Shown piece by piece: positions 19,048-28,641 of a stretch of 64,000 nucleotides of DNA. The translations under genes and the position numbers were made by a program. The notes beneath the pieces are model-generated. The model was not told the origin of the DNA and did not search any database. It saw only the letters and a program-made list of their open reading frames with translations. Position 1 is the stretch's first letter. Each line of letters starts with the position of its first letter. Location: contig OY760907.1 in the NCBI GenBank assembly GCA_963664195.1, positions 2,880,001 to 2,944,000 of the forward strand. Reading direction: 5' to 3'. This DNA is from an uncultured candidate division Zixibacteria bacterium. GTDB taxonomy: Bacteria > Zixibacteria > MSB-5A5 > GN15 > FEB-12.

Positions 19048-19974
19048 GTGCGGATGTTGACCGGATATTCACAGAGAAGTTTGTTCTCGATGGCGTTGTT
19101 GTTGGTGGCCGTTTGCGCTTCTGCTGCTTTCGCGGTTGAAATGCCGCAATCGACGGTCATCGAGCAGGACCTTCAGGCCGTACGATATGAGTTTGCGGCC
19201 GCGGTCACGGCCGGTGATTACCTGATCGCGGCAGGCGCGACAGGCGACAACACCGACGAGTTCGGTAATGCAGAGAGTTCCAAAAAATCACCGTTCAAGG
19301 CGTTCCTGCTGTCTGCGGCCGTTCCCGGTCTGGGGCAGTATTACTACGGGAGCAAGGTCAAGCCGCTCATCTTTCTCGGTGCGGAACTGGCCGCGTGGGG
19401 GATGCATATCAAATGGCACGGTGACGGCGATGATGCGACGCAGGTTTACCACGACTACAATCATGACCACTGGTCAGAGGAACGGTACTCGGGCTACCTC
19501 CAAATGGTATATGGCGAGACCGATGATGAGGATGTGAGCGCCCAGGAAGTATCTCACCATCTGCCCGATACGAAAGTCCAGCAGTATTACGAGATGACCG
19601 GCAAGTACGATCAGTTCTCCTGGGGATGGGATGACGCCACCCTCGACGGCCGGGCGTACGACAGCTATTCCGCCGGCGATCATATGCCCGCTATCACAAG
19701 CAAGGCCCTGACGCCGGAGTCGCCGAACCGGATGTATTACGAGGGACTTCGCGATGATGCCAACAAGAAGTATGACAAGGCAAACAAGATGATTATTGCG
19801 TCAATCGCTAACCATCTGCTTAGCGCTTTCGAGGCGTATTTCGTGACCAAGCATCGCTACGAGAAGGGGTCGGGACGTGACAGCGCATTCACGCGGGTGA
19901 AAGTGCGCACGAGTCTCAAATCGTACTATGAACAGCTTGACACGCCGTTCGTCAACCTGAGTTACAAGTTTTGA
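19048..19974 (+). CDS. DUF5683-like secreted/membrane protein (paralogue 1)
   Basis: KKSPFKAFLLSAAVPGLGQYY motif; signal peptide; C-terminal Phe. Confidence 0.65.
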   Translation: MRMLTGYSQRSLFSMALLLVAVCASAAFAVEMPQSTVIEQDLQAVRYEFAAAVTAGDYLIAAGATGDNTDEFGNAESSKKSPFKAFLLSAAVPGLGQYYYGSKVKPLIFLGAELAAWGMHIKWHGDGDDATQVYHDYNHDHWSEERYSGYLQMVYGETDDEDVSAQEVSHHLPDTKVQQYYEMTGKYDQFSWGWDDATLDGRAYDSYSAGDHMPAITSKALTPESPNRMYYEGLRDDANKKYDKANKMIIASIANHLLSAFEAYFVTKHRYEKGSGRDSAFTRVKVRTSLKSYYEQLDTPFVNLSYKF

Positions 19975-20789
19975 AAGGAGCCGAGGGCGTGAGATTGATT
20001 TCGATACTGGCATGCTGTTGTTGTCTGCTGATTCCCTGCGCGACTCGTGCTGTGGAGCTCCAGAAAAGCCCTGTCCGTGATGCAATGCTGGCGAGTATGA
20101 GCGGGGATACCTGGCGAACGGGTGAGGACACATCTCCGGGCAAGGGAGAGAAGAAAAACGAGGCCCCCCGATCCACGGTTGTTTCGGGCAATAAATCTGT
20201 GGTCAAAGCGGCAGCGTTAAGTGCACTCGTTCCCGGCGGGGGGCAGTACTACAACGGCCATCGTAAGAAAGCGCGCTACTTCTTTGTCGCTGAAGCTTTG
20301 ACCTGGCTGGGGTATGTTTCTTTTAAGACCTACAGCAACTGGAAAGAGGAAGACTATGTCAATTTTGCGGCGACACATGCCAATGCGCAGCTCGACGGCA
20401 AAAGCGATGAGTTCATTGCTTATGTAGGATTCTACGACAATATCCGTGACTACAACGATTTCGGTCGCGCCTTTGACCCGGAACGCGAGTACCTGTTCGA
20501 TACTCCTGAGAATCACTGGGAATGGCAGAGCTATGAGGACCGCAAGGCGTTTCGCGAAATCAAGAATCGGAGTCGAGAGGCTGATCGTCGGGCCGACTTC
20601 ATGATCGGCGTGGCAGTTGTTGACCGGATCATTTCTATCATCGATGCAGTCAGGGACGCGAGACGAGACAGTCGTCGCCTTGATCCGGAATTCAGTGGCA
20701 GCGAGGGAACCAGTTTCAGGTTTTCGGTCAATCCGTTCAAGTCCGGTCGGCAAGTCAGTTTGACCCTGTACTCGAATTTGCTGCCATGA
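19971..20789 (+). CDS. DUF5683-like secreted/membrane protein (paralogue 2)
   Basis: KSVVKAAALSALVPGGGQYY motif; 4-bp overlaps with both neighbours. Confidence 0.65.
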   Translation: MKGAEGVRLISILACCCCLLIPCATRAVELQKSPVRDAMLASMSGDTWRTGEDTSPGKGEKKNEAPRSTVVSGNKSVVKAAALSALVPGGGQYYNGHRKKARYFFVAEALTWLGYVSFKTYSNWKEEDYVNFAATHANAQLDGKSDEFIAYVGFYDNIRDYNDFGRAFDPEREYLFDTPENHWEWQSYEDRKAFREIKNRSREADRRADFMIGVAVVDRIISIIDAVRDARRDSRRLDPEFSGSEGTSFRFSVNPFKSGRQVSLTLYSNLLP

Positions 20790-21751
20790 ACGTGTTCCGG
20801 CGACAGCATGGATTGCTGATACTTCTCCTGACGCTCGTCGGATGTGGGGGAGGGCCGCGCACGGGACGTGAGCAGGGAAAGGATCTGCCTGCCCCGTTGG
20901 CCGTTGTTTATGATTCTGAAATCTCCGGCCAGATTCTCGGCAAACGGCTGTCTTCTCCGGTTGGCGTGGATGTTGACCGCCGAGGGGTGTTGTATGTTGT
21001 CGATGCCGGTAATCATCGCCTGATTCGGTTCAATCCCGATCTCGATCCGCTGAGGGATATGGGCGGTTACGGCTCCCAGCAGGGGATGTTTGGTGAGCCG
21101 TCGTTCGTTACGGTCGACAATGATCTGAACGTGTGGGTATCAGATCCCGGCAATCGCCGGATCAGTCGTCATGACGGACACCTGAATTTCGTCGATGAAG
21201 TCGACCTTCGCGACGATGACGACCCGCTCAAGTTTGCCCATCCCTCGGGAATTGCGCTCACCAATTTTGGCGAATTGTGGCTGTGTGACCGTGACAATAA
21301 TCGGCTAGCCCTGTTTGATAATATCGGTGTGTTCGACCGTTTTGTGGGTGACTTCGGATACTCCGGCGGAGGCCTTCGCGATCCTGAGAAGATTGTTGCG
21401 GTTGAGGGGGAACAGTTTTTTGTATGCGACGCCGGCAACTCTCGTGTGGTCGCCTATGATGAGTACGGCAATTTCTTATACGATATCGAAGACCCGGCCT
21501 TCGTTTCACCGCGGTCTCTGGCTTTCGACGCGCAGGGGCGCATGTGGATACTGGATGTTGACACCGGGCTGCTGTTTTGTTTCGGTCCAGACGGTCGCTT
21601 CCTGCTGAGCGTGGGGCCGACTATTCCCGGAACTGACAAAGCAATGAAGGCGCCCTCGGATCTGACTTTCACTGCCGACGGTCGACTCATAATAGCAGAT
21701 ACCGGTAATCATCGTTTGCTCGTATGTCGGGTAGCCTACGAAAACCGCTAG
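20786..21751 (+). CDS. NHL-repeat beta-propeller lipoprotein
   Basis: Lipobox LVGC; repeated P-x-G-(V/I)...(Y/W)V-x-D-x-GN-x-R motifs. Confidence 0.85.
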   Translation: MNVFRRQHGLLILLLTLVGCGGGPRTGREQGKDLPAPLAVVYDSEISGQILGKRLSSPVGVDVDRRGVLYVVDAGNHRLIRFNPDLDPLRDMGGYGSQQGMFGEPSFVTVDNDLNVWVSDPGNRRISRHDGHLNFVDEVDLRDDDDPLKFAHPSGIALTNFGELWLCDRDNNRLALFDNIGVFDRFVGDFGYSGGGLRDPEKIVAVEGEQFFVCDAGNSRVVAYDEYGNFLYDIEDPAFVSPRSLAFDAQGRMWILDVDTGLLFCFGPDGRFLLSVGPTIPGTDKAMKAPSDLTFTADGRLIIADTGNHRLLVCRVAYENR

Positions 21752-21763
21752 TGGAGTGGGCGC

Positions 21764-24700
21764 ATGCCTGAACGTACCGCCGCTGTCAGGGTGATATTAA
21801 CCGCACTGCTGGTGGCGTTTCTGTTTGCAGCTGATTGTGTGGCTGAGGGGGCGGGCGCGGTCGTCGACACGACTCTCATTGGCAACGATATTCCGACTCA
21901 ATGGAAAACGGAGGGAAGTGGCCTGTTCATAGGCTCCGACTCGCTTTTCCAGAACGGCCGGTTGCTTCAATCAGGCGTGGACTATCGGTATGATCCGGCG
22001 TTTCAGTCGTTTGACCTTTCATCGGTGATCTTCGATGCCGACGACACCCTGCGTCTTGTGTACCGACCCGTGCCGAGCTGGGTGCGGAAGTCCTACGGGA
22101 GACCGTTGCCGGAAGTATCTTCCGGAGCGGCAGCACTACCGGAAATCGTCGATCTCTCCGATTCGCGAGTCACTTACGCCGCAGATCGGTCCATCAACCT
22201 GTCCGGCGCCAAGTCTTTTCGGTTCATGGCCCGGTCCGCAGGAAACTCAGAGTTTGGCCAGTCGCTTAATCTCAACATCTCCGGTGAACTCAGTCCCGGA
22301 TTGGAATTGACCGGCTCTGTATCGGATCGCGGTTACAATCCCTCTTACGGCACGGCCAACAGTCGAGTGGATGAACTTGACAAAATCAATTTGAGCCTCA
22401 AGTCCAAACGGTTGTTTGCTCGGGTTGGTGATATCACCGTGATCGACCACTCGCGCCGGGCGAGTGTCGAGCCGAAACGGGGAATGATCGAGGGCAAGCA
22501 GGTATCGGGGGCATCGTTTGATCTGTCCTACCCGAACTGGCACTTGGGAGCGACGGCGGCACGGCCACGGGGCACGTTTGTGAGTTTCGAGACGACGGGG
22601 CGTGATGGTTTCCAGGGGCCATACCAGATCGGCGATGGGAATCAGGCGTCGCCGATTGTACCCGGTTCGGAGACGGTCTGGCTCGACGGTGCGGAACTCA
22701 GTCGCGGAGCCAACAAAGACTACTCGATTGAGTATCCGACCGGGCGAATCACGTTTACTGCGCTTCATCTGATAGACAGCCGAAGTCGGATCGAGATTGA
22801 TTATGAACCGCAGGCTACTGATTACGAAGAAGAGTTGTTTGCGTTTGGCGGCGGCGTGCGTGCGACCGATTCACTCGTGTACTTCTCGTTTTCGATCGTG
22901 CGCGAAGGGGATGTCAGCGAGCAGCCGATTGTGGGGGAGCTATCCGAATCCGATCTCAATCTTCTCGCTCTGTCGGGGGACACCTCCGCCAGTCGTTCGG
23001 GTGTGATCGCGGATACGTCCGGGGAGTATATCCTCGTGGTTGATTCGTTGCCGGACTCGGTCTACCAGCATGTGGGAGCCGATAACGGCGACTTATCAGT
23101 GGGGTTCAGTTTTGTCGGAGCGGGGAGAGGAGATTACCGTTTCCTCGGCTTGGACAACTACGAATACGTTGGCCCGGGCGGGGGAGACTACGCGCCGATA
23201 GTAATCCTTCCCGCCGCAAAGCGATCCGACTACTATCGCGCGACCGTGGGCGGCAAGTCCGCAGTGCTGGGGAATTTGGAGCTTGATCTGAGGGCGAGCA
23301 GTCTCGACGCCAACCTGTTTTCGTCAATCGACGATGACGACAACAACTCTCTGTACTATCTTCTCCGAGCTGACAAGCGATGGCAACAGTATGACCGTGA
23401 GAACAGCGTACGGTTCAGTCGCCGGGTCCGTGAGGCAGGGTTTGTCAGCCGTGAACGGCTTGACCGAGCGGATTTCTCGCGACGGCAATATCTTCCCGCA
23501 AACTTTGTCTCAACCGGTGATGAGACAATTCATGATGCCTCGGCGACTGTGAGTCCCGCCGCCTCAGTCGAGATCACGGCGTCGTATGGGACACTGGCGT
23601 ACGACAACCAGTATGACTCTCGTTCGGGTGAAATTGGCGGACAATGGTGGATGTCGCAGCGGGCCGAGTTTGCCGCCAAATGGCGCACGGTGTCGTCGGA
23701 CTTGCAGCAGGCCGATCCATCCGGTGAGGGTCATGCGGATAATGCGTGGACGCAGTTTTCTGTGAAACCCTGGCGTTCGTGGCAACTGAAGGCGCAGCAT
23801 GAGTATGATCTTCGCGAAAACCAATACACCGACGAGCAGCGTGGCACACGGTTCAACCGTCTGAGCCTTGTCGCCGACAGCAGGCAGGATAGAGGGGATG
23901 GTGAGACGGTTGGATACGAGTACTATGTCGAAGATTCACTGACTTCGGGCTGGCGGGAATTGCTTACTCGCAATCGGCTGTCAGGCGCGTCAAACCGTCG
24001 ACTCGGCGACTTATCGTACGACGCTGTTCTCAGCTATCAATGGCTGGATCGCCCCGATGGCAACGCGGGTAACCTCCTTGCTCGAACCGGACTGCGCTAT
24101 GATAACCGTCGCCGCCGATTGACGGTGAATACGTCTTACACCATTTCAGAGGAACGCCGCAATGCCCGTGGCCTGACGTATCTCGAAGTTGAACCGGGAT
24201 TTGGCAACTACACGCTTGAGGACGGACAGTTTTTGCCTGATCCCGACGGCGAGTATATCCAGGTTGAGGAGATACTCTCCGATGTCGCCCGTGTACGAAG
24301 AGCCGAGAAGAGTTTCTTCTTGAACAAGGATTGGGAAGTAGCTCAGATCAAATTCAACTCAGCAATCGAGGAAGAACTGAAGGATGGCGGCGAGCGAAAG
24401 TATTGGTGGGCACTGCCGTTTTATGCCGATCCCGACCAGCCGTACTTGTTCTTCTCCCGCAGCTACAATGCCGAACTCCGTGCCGTGCCGCTTGGTACGC
24501 ACTACCTGATCAACTTGCTGTTGACCGACGATATTGAGCAAAGAGAAGTCGCCGCCGCAGTTCGCGACCGTCAAGACTCGAAAGCCCGTTTGTCTCTCAA
24601 AGAGCAAGTGGGCAACAATCATTTTGAAGAATCCTTTGAACTGTTCAGGACGAATCGTGACAGCCTTTTTGCCGGAGCGGGGGATGTCAAAGGCTGGGCG

Positions 24701-25075
24701 GCCGGACTCGATTTCGGGCAATCCACGCCAGGCGGGGAATTGAAAGTGGGGATCAATTTCCGTCGGACCGATGGAGAAGACAACTCGCGATCACAGATAG
24801 TGTCGCTTCTAACAGGGACACGGTTCCGTTTGTGGACGCGGGGCGAATTTCGTTCGTCGGTTGATCTGTATCGCCAAAGTTTCGAGGGGCTGATAGGGAC
24901 GCCCTCGTATCAGTTGACCGGTAACAAGCCGGGTGGAAAGGGAGCAATCTGGAAACTGTCTTTCAACTACGGCGTCAAAGACGGGATGCGGTTGAACTTC
25001 GCGCTTCAGGGACGGCACTCAGATGACCGCACTGCCCGCGTGACCGGACGAGGGGAGGTGGTGGCCGGTTTCTAG
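21764..25075 (+). CDS. Large outer-membrane beta-barrel protein with SprA-like N-terminal regions
   Basis: 1103 aa; signal peptide; amphipathic strands; terminal Phe. The segment IVPGSETVWLDG...DYSIEYPTGRITF aligns by eye with SprA IIEGSERVTANG...DYNIQYDFGQVTL. Confidence 0.7.
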   Translation: MPERTAAVRVILTALLVAFLFAADCVAEGAGAVVDTTLIGNDIPTQWKTEGSGLFIGSDSLFQNGRLLQSGVDYRYDPAFQSFDLSSVIFDADDTLRLVYRPVPSWVRKSYGRPLPEVSSGAAALPEIVDLSDSRVTYAADRSINLSGAKSFRFMARSAGNSEFGQSLNLNISGELSPGLELTGSVSDRGYNPSYGTANSRVDELDKINLSLKSKRLFARVGDITVIDHSRRASVEPKRGMIEGKQVSGASFDLSYPNWHLGATAARPRGTFVSFETTGRDGFQGPYQIGDGNQASPIVPGSETVWLDGAELSRGANKDYSIEYPTGRITFTALHLIDSRSRIEIDYEPQATDYEEELFAFGGGVRATDSLVYFSFSIVREGDVSEQPIVGELSESDLNLLALSGDTSASRSGVIADTSGEYILVVDSLPDSVYQHVGADNGDLSVGFSFVGAGRGDYRFLGLDNYEYVGPGGGDYAPIVILPAAKRSDYYRATVGGKSAVLGNLELDLRASSLDANLFSSIDDDDNNSLYYLLRADKRWQQYDRENSVRFSRRVREAGFVSRERLDRADFSRRQYLPANFVSTGDETIHDASATVSPAASVEITASYGTLAYDNQYDSRSGEIGGQWWMSQRAEFAAKWRTVSSDLQQADPSGEGHADNAWTQFSVKPWRSWQLKAQHEYDLRENQYTDEQRGTRFNRLSLVADSRQDRGDGETVGYEYYVEDSLTSGWRELLTRNRLSGASNRRLGDLSYDAVLSYQWLDRPDGNAGNLLARTGLRYDNRRRRLTVNTSYTISEERRNARGLTYLEVEPGFGNYTLEDGQFLPDPDGEYIQVEEILSDVARVRRAEKSFFLNKDWEVAQIKFNSAIEEELKDGGERKYWWALPFYADPDQPYLFFSRSYNAELRAVPLGTHYLINLLLTDDIEQREVAAAVRDRQDSKARLSLKEQVGNNHFEESFELFRTNRDSLFAGAGDVKGWAAGLDFGQSTPGGELKVGINFRRTDGEDNSRSQIVSLLTGTRFRLWTRGEFRSSVDLYRQSFEGLIGTPSYQLTGNKPGGKGAIWKLSFNYGVKDGMRLNFALQGRHSDDRTARVTGRGEVVAGF

Positions 25076-25079
25076 GCGT

Positions 25080-26735
25080 GTGATGCGAAACCTGTGGTTT
25101 GCTTTGGTATTTATCTCTCTGCTCGCTTCGTCGGCTGGCGCGGTGGCGGTTCGGTGTGTTGGGGAGAACTCACCCAGAGTCAGAGATGTTGTATCTCCCC
25201 TTGCTCTGTTGGAATACAAAGGAGTGGATCGTGCCACGATGGCGGATTCACTGCTTGTCTGGTTCCAGCAAGCCGCGTATCTCGATGCCTCCGTTACAGA
25301 CGACGGTGAAGTATTTGTTGTGGATGCCGGGAAGCAGTTTAGATTGACGCGGGTTGTTGTCGAAGGGGATTCTTCGCGAAGCTTCATGGTAGACTATCCG
25401 TTCGTCGATGGCAGCGTAGGACGCGTATTCAGAAGTGTGCTCAACGAACAACGAGATTCTGGGCGCTATTTCGCAAGGGTGGAGATTGTCTCGTTGAGCG
25501 ACGATCAGTCACAGGTGACAGCAACTGTCCGCGTGATTCCTGGGCCGGAGGTGCGTGTCGGGAAGCGGGTCGTCACCGGGTTGAAACAAAGCAAGTCTGA
25601 GACGATAGAGAGGTATATCAGTCTGGCTGAGGGTGACATTATCACCACTGCTTCGCTGAAGGGTGCCGAAGCAGACGCTGCTGCCATACCGTATGTTCTG
25701 TTCCTGCGGCCGGCGACAATCCGTCCGAGACCGGGTTACACACAGGCCGATGTCGAGTTCCGGTTCCGCGAGAAGCGCCAGTTCAATATCTTTGGCGGTG
25801 TGGGGTATATCCCTGACGATCCGTCCGGACTGGTCTGGGATGTAGACATGAAACTCGTGAATCTGTTTGGCAAGGGGAGAGAGATTGCCCTCGAGTCCGA
25901 GCGACGGGAGAGGAATCGGCGAGTGCTGAACATGGCGTACCGTCAGCCTTTGTTCGCACTTGGCGTCGGCTGCCTTGAGGTCAATGTGGCGACCCGTGAC
26001 TACCGGGATGATTTCTACGAGTTTGCTCTTGGCGGACGTTACTCCACGGACATCGGTCACCGTTTCACTGCCGGGCTTGGGCTGGCATGGAAGAGAGTGG
26101 AGCCTGCCGATGAATCCGCTATTGTCGTCGATGCGTATTCATCCTACACGGCGGGATTCAGTGTCGAACGGAGCAGTCTGGATCAGGAGCTGAATCCTTC
26201 GACGGGCATCGCTCTCAAAGTCTCGCTGGGCTACACCAATCGACGGTACTCGACACACTACGACAGCACTCGTTCGAGTGATGTGCTCAACGAAACGAGA
26301 AGTCGACTGTCTGTTGATGCTTACGGTCATCTGTTCGGCAGGTTGGTCAATCGAATGGCGCTTACTTACGAAGGACTCGAAACGAGCGAAGCCCTCCCGC
26401 CGCTGTCTGAGTTGATCTTTGTTGGCGGTCCAGGAACAGTTCGCGGATTCCGCAACGAGCAGTTCATCGCGCAGCGGGCGTTATTCGGGACAATAGAGCC
26501 GAGGCTTCGCTTTTCACAGGGGTACCTGTTCGTCTTCTACGATGCGGCGTACATCAATCGACCCTACATGAAGGCGACCGGATCGGTGCATATAGAGGAG
26601 CTGTACCGCCAGTCAGAGGGTGTCGGGTTGGGATTGTACGACAGTGCGCGTTCTGTGAAGATTTCGGTTGGATGGCAGAAAGGTGCCGCCTTTGACCGTC
26701 CTCGTCTGTCGGTGGAGTTCTCGTCCGATTTATAG
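25080..26735 (+). CDS. Omp85 (BamA/TamA-family) outer-membrane protein with POTRA domains
   Basis: POTRA-like repeats, NLFGKG barrel start and the GGPGTVRGF lid-loop motif. Confidence 0.85.
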   Translation: MMRNLWFALVFISLLASSAGAVAVRCVGENSPRVRDVVSPLALLEYKGVDRATMADSLLVWFQQAAYLDASVTDDGEVFVVDAGKQFRLTRVVVEGDSSRSFMVDYPFVDGSVGRVFRSVLNEQRDSGRYFARVEIVSLSDDQSQVTATVRVIPGPEVRVGKRVVTGLKQSKSETIERYISLAEGDIITTASLKGAEADAAAIPYVLFLRPATIRPRPGYTQADVEFRFREKRQFNIFGGVGYIPDDPSGLVWDVDMKLVNLFGKGREIALESERRERNRRVLNMAYRQPLFALGVGCLEVNVATRDYRDDFYEFALGGRYSTDIGHRFTAGLGLAWKRVEPADESAIVVDAYSSYTAGFSVERSSLDQELNPSTGIALKVSLGYTNRRYSTHYDSTRSSDVLNETRSRLSVDAYGHLFGRLVNRMALTYEGLETSEALPPLSELIFVGGPGTVRGFRNEQFIAQRALFGTIEPRLRFSQGYLFVFYDAAYINRPYMKATGSVHIEELYRQSEGVGLGLYDSARSVKISVGWQKGAAFDRPRLSVEFSSDL

Positions 26736-26738
26736 TTG

Positions 26739-26767
26739 TTGACTCATTTCGGTCGCTGCTCTATCGT
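26739..26767 (+). promoter_or_regulatory. Putative sigma70 promoter with leaderless geometry
   Basis: TTGACT-17 nt-TATCGT, then 6 nt, then the GTG start at 26774. Confidence 0.55.
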
Positions 26768-26773
26768 GACGGA

Positions 26774-27625
26774 GTGTCACGATTCCTTGAAATCATACGT
26801 TTGATCCGGTTTGTCAACTGCCTGCTTGCTATGCTGGGAGTTGCTATCGGAGCCTACCTGACCGTATTGACGCCGGTATATTACGGCCCGTTGATTGCAT
26901 CGGTGGCCGCTTTTTTCGTCTGTGCGGCGGGAAACATCGTTAATGACATTCAAGACTTAGAGATCGACCGCATAAACCGCCCCAAACGGGTGTTGGTGCG
27001 TGGCACGGTGTCGATGAAAACGGCCCGCAATTTGGCGATAGCGTTTAATTTGCTGACAGTGATCATGGCGGTGTGTGTGAACTGGCAGGTTGCGGTGAGC
27101 GCGATTGTCACCATTCTGCTGCTGTTGGCTTACAATGTTCGTCTGAAACGGGTTCCGTTGCTCGGGAACACGATTGTCGCGGCCCTGGCCGGTCTTGTGT
27201 TCCTGACTGGAGGATTGGCGGTTGACCCATCGCTGGCTTTCAGACTGCCGGGTCCGCTGATTCCGTTTGCTTTTGCGTTTTTCTTCCACCTTGTACGTGA
27301 GATTGTAAAAGATTGCCAGGATGTCCAGGGAGACCGTCAGGCAGGAGTGAATTCTTTGCCGCAGATGATTGGTGTACCCGGAGCGCTCCTGGTCGGATTG
27401 GGGCTGTTCCTGGTGTTGACGGTACTGACCTATGTGCCGATTTTCGCCGGTTGGTACGGAGGCATCTACGAGACAATCACGGTGTATGTGGTCGATTTGC
27501 CGCTTCTGGCGCTGTTGATCTTCGTCTGGGGCGACCCCAGCCCGAGAATGCTTTCGGTCGGTTCGTTGGCACTGAAAATAGGCATGGTGCTTGGATTGAC
27601 GGCCCTGGTACTGGCCGGTTTTTAG
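26774..27625 (+). CDS. UbiA-family prenyltransferase, digeranylgeranylglyceryl-phosphate synthase-like
   Basis: LIRFVN, AAGNIVNDIQDLEIDRINRPKR and LVREIVKDCQDVQGD motifs; multiple TM helices. Confidence 0.8.
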   Translation: MSRFLEIIRLIRFVNCLLAMLGVAIGAYLTVLTPVYYGPLIASVAAFFVCAAGNIVNDIQDLEIDRINRPKRVLVRGTVSMKTARNLAIAFNLLTVIMAVCVNWQVAVSAIVTILLLLAYNVRLKRVPLLGNTIVAALAGLVFLTGGLAVDPSLAFRLPGPLIPFAFAFFFHLVREIVKDCQDVQGDRQAGVNSLPQMIGVPGALLVGLGLFLVLTVLTYVPIFAGWYGGIYETITVYVVDLPLLALLIFVWGDPSPRMLSVGSLALKIGMVLGLTALVLAGF

Positions 27626-27762
27626 TGAAACTATTGGATCTAAACTCGGTATAATCTCTCATACCTGAGGCTCAATAGGAGACGGTAAGTTAGGACATGA
27701 CACGAAGTTGCGATTGCGTTGTTGCCGTTGCAACTGGTGTTCAGAGCTTTGTGACGGAATAG

Positions 27763-28617
27763 ATGCTGCGAGTATACACTGCCATAGTTGTTCTCTCTCT
27801 ACTATTGGTTCCAGCGGTCAGTTTTGGTGTTTCTGTTTCTCAGTCTATTGATCGGACTGAAATGCCTTTTGAGGAAACCGCGGAATTCGAGATAGCCGTG
27901 TCGTGGAATGGCTCTCCGACCGCCTATCGTTTTCCCAAAGCCCTGCGCCTGCAGGCGGACAAACTCAAAGTCGCCCGGTTTTCTTCCAAAGTCAGCTCGA
28001 CTGGTATCGGCGCGGACGAAGTCACTACCAAGCTTTTCAAGTACGTTCTTGAACCGACGTTGTCCGGTCAGGGGACTATTGAACCGCTGGCGATTGAGTT
28101 TGTGAGCTGGCCGGATTCTGTGGCCGGTGAACTCTTGACCGACCGGGTGACCATCACCATTGCGGTACCCGTACCGCAGATCGCAACAACGGAAGGCGAA
28201 GGTTCTTTGTTGCTGTGGGGGATGATTGTCCTCGTTGTCATTGGTGGGGCTGTCGGCGTGGTTCTGTTCTTGAGAAAACGGGAGCCAGGGGAAGCGGTCA
28301 AGACTCCCGGGCAAATGTTTCTCGATGAGTTGACTGTGCTCAGGACCGGCAGCAGTGATTTGAAAGATTTCCAAACCGGATTGTATAAGAATCTGTTGTC
28401 GTTCTTGGAGGCGAAGTACGGGATAGCTGTCAGTGGGCGGTCGACCGGGATGATTGTCGCGGACTTAGAGAAAACTGACCTGAGTCTGCACGCCCGCGAG
28501 AAAATTGCCGGCTGGCTGACGCGGGCAGAGAAAGAAAAATACAGCCCGTCGGTGATGCTGCCGGGCGAGAGCCTTCGACTTGAGTCGGAAGTTCGCGAGT
28601 TGTTTGAGAAGATGTAG
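27763..28617 (+). CDS. Short BatD-like protein (one Ig-like domain, TM helix, cytoplasmic helical domain)
   Basis: Signal peptide, VSQSIDRTE...YVLEP...G.GTIEP, TM helix, AEKEKYS; directly upstream of moxR. Confidence 0.65.
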   Translation: MLRVYTAIVVLSLLLVPAVSFGVSVSQSIDRTEMPFEETAEFEIAVSWNGSPTAYRFPKALRLQADKLKVARFSSKVSSTGIGADEVTTKLFKYVLEPTLSGQGTIEPLAIEFVSWPDSVAGELLTDRVTITIAVPVPQIATTEGEGSLLLWGMIVLVVIGGAVGVVLFLRKREPGEAVKTPGQMFLDELTVLRTGSSDLKDFQTGLYKNLLSFLEAKYGIAVSGRSTGMIVADLEKTDLSLHAREKIAGWLTRAEKEKYSPSVMLPGESLRLESEVRELFEKM

Positions 28618-28641
28618 CGTTTTCAGATATTCGGAGGAGCA

